A stretch of 49,596 nt of DNA from Trichoplax sp. H2 (lineage: Eukaryota), in NCBI GenBank assembly GCA_003344405.1, contig NOWV01000221.1:62001-111596 (forward strand), given 5' to 3'. Below are positions 47,892-49,596 of the stretch, one piece after another. The stretch's first letter is position 1. Each line of letters opens with the position of its first letter. The position numbers and the translations under genes were made by a program. The notes under the pieces are model-generated. The model saw nothing but the letters and a program-made list of their open reading frames with translations, was not told where the DNA came from and did no database searches.

Positions 47892-49126
47892 CATGTATGG
47901 TCGGTCGTTCCCACTATTTTACAACTCACGCCATACCACCGGTCTATTGTACATCGTACTGTACTGTACGGTGTGAGTTGTCAATAGTTGAAACGACCGA
48001 CCGTACATGGACCATAGCGGCTGTCCTCTGTCCAGGCGAGGCTACAACATGGTCCAATCAGTCCTTAAAAACTGGACTCCCGGACCGCTGTTCGTACCAC
48101 TGTAGTGGGCAGTACAGTATACAGTACAGTAACGAACCTTGGACAATGGACAGATGTAATTACAGAGCGGCTGTCCTCTGTCCAGGCGAGGCTACAACAT
48201 GGTCCAATCAGTCCTTAAAAACTGGACTCCCGGACCGCTGTTCGTACCACTGTAGTGGACAGTACAGTATACAGTATCGAACCTTGGACAGGTGTAATTA
48301 CAGAGCGGCTGTCCTCTGTCCAGGCGAGGCTACGACATGGTCCTTAAAAAAATTGGTCCAGTCAGTCCTTAACTGGACTCCCGGACCGCTTATGTCCAGT
48401 TCGTACCACTGTAGTGGACAGTACTGTACACTGTACATAGTACAGTATATAGTACTGTAAGGCTATTATACTGTACTGTACTGTACAGTACAGTAATTCC
48501 AGTCTACTGTACATTGTACTGTATTATAGCGCTACAGTACAAACTGGACCAAACGGTCCGGGAGTCCAGTTGAGGACTGATCGAACCATGTCGTAGCCTC
48601 GCCTGGACAGAGGACAGCCGCTCTGGTCCATGTATGGGTCGCTCCAACTATTTTACAACACTGTCCACTCAGTGTCCAGTGGTTAGGGAAGGCTCCACTA
48701 ATTAAAGAAGTGCGAACTAGACACAAGCAGTACGGGAGTCTAGCTGAGGACTGATTGAACCATAAAACCATGTCGTAGTCTCGCCTGGACACTCAGTATC
48801 CAGTGGTTAGGGAAGGCTCCATTAAAGTAGTGCGAACTGGACGCGAGCGGTCCAGGAGTCCAGTTGAGGACTGATTGAACCATGTCGTAGCCTCGCCTGG
48901 ACAGAGGACAGCCGCTCTGGTCTTTGTATGGGTCGTTTCAACTACTGTACAGTATTTGACAACTCATGCTGTCACACCGGTCTACTGTACATTGTACTGT
49001 AGAATAGCGTTACAGTACTGTCCACTACAGTGGTACGGACTGGACCAAACGGTCCGCAGAGTCCAGTTGAGGACTGATTGAATCATGTCGCAGCCTCGCC
49101 TGGACAGAGGACAGCCGCTCTGGTCC
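47892..49126. repeat. Array of a 140-200-bp GC-rich monomer in direct and inverted orientation (satellite/foldback-like)
   Basis: The core AGCGGCTGTCCTCTGTCCAGGCGAGGCTAC(A/G)ACATGG...CAGTCCT..AACTGGACTCCCGGACCG starts at 48016, 48166 and 48304 (periods 150 and 138). Reverse-complement copies end at 48622, 48916 and 49119 (last period 203). There is a partial reverse copy at about 48734-48790 and a reverse fragment at about 47892-47965. Confidence 0.92.
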
Positions 49127-49596
49127 ACGTCACTCCATGCAACATAGTCATTCAAGTCATTGCTATACCCGCAAGGCAAAATGGCAGCATGGCTCAAGCT
49201 TAGCGAACACCAGGTACGATTGCAGTTGCATTTCCTATTCCAATCTAGCCAATACCTATGACGTTGTATCAATCCACTTTAGCAATCAATAGCGATCATT
49301 AGAAGCATGCATGCTGTTGCACATTCATTCTATAGCATTGGACTGAGGAAAGTGGGTCAACGAGGTGGTGTAGTGGAATGGCTGCAGAGCTAAAATGAAG
49401 TCTCTGAACTACAGTACCTCTCGACCAGTTGAACATGTAACCAACGCTAAATAGCGATCGGTAAACTTTTGAAAGATTTTCATCCGAAATGACCATTCAG
49501 TAAGGGATTTAAAGAGGTCCTTTGAATGGATATCTTGCCCACAAGTCATACTGGGCCTGCTAGATAAAGACTACTGATCGTTGCTCTCTAACTTTA

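Noticed and set aside
47970..49126. Hammerhead or HDV-like ribozyme, or CRISPR array, in the monomer array
   Set aside because: There is no CUGANGA correctly placed with a conserved GAAA (GAAA varies to GGAA/GGAG between copies) and no P1 partner for the TCCTC loop. The units are long with homologous rather than unique spacers, in a eukaryotic context with no cas genes.
47897..49272. Cys-rich repeated ORFs (AAVLCPGEATTW...) as a repeat protein
   Set aside because: They arise from DNA repeats with periods divisible by 3. The same peptide appears on both strands, other copies are frameshifted, and there is no synonymous-site pattern.
1..49596. tRNA, rRNA, snRNA genes and transposase/RT ORFs
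   Set aside because: The GTTCGA words seen (e.g. about 6924, 31605, 34984) lack cloverleaf context, and I recognised no rRNA, snRNA or transposase signatures by eye.

Overview
This is AT-rich eukaryotic DNA from an animal, and it has spliceosomal GT-AG introns. The sequence style and the dystroglycan architecture would fit an early-branching invertebrate such as a placozoan, but that is inference and has not been verified. Three protein-coding genes are supported. (1) The first coding exon of a Gi/o-class heterotrimeric G-protein alpha subunit lies on the minus strand at 2460-2577; the rest of the gene runs off the left edge. (2) A two-coding-exon dystroglycan lies on the plus strand at 38050-38238 and 38559-41276 (968 aa), with a duplicated Ig/cadherin-like + SEA module. 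(3) An intronless GT54/MGAT4A-B-like N-acetylglucosaminyltransferase IV lies on the minus strand at 42919-44466 (515 aa), convergent with dystroglycan. About 35 kb between the G-alpha exon and dystroglycan has no recognisable coding exon. It contains a visible rise in GC at about 28.5 kb, a twice-repeated T7-G11-AAGGC motif, a perfect 19-bp hairpin and a short telomere-like tract. The right end (46.9-49.1 kb) holds foldback structures built on TACAG/CTGTA, and a 140-200-bp GC-rich monomer arrayed in both orientations, with both inversion points in its TACTG microsatellite. This array is the most unexplained structure in the window. I found no rRNA, tRNA, CRISPR array or transposase ORF, and no convincing novel multi-gene system.
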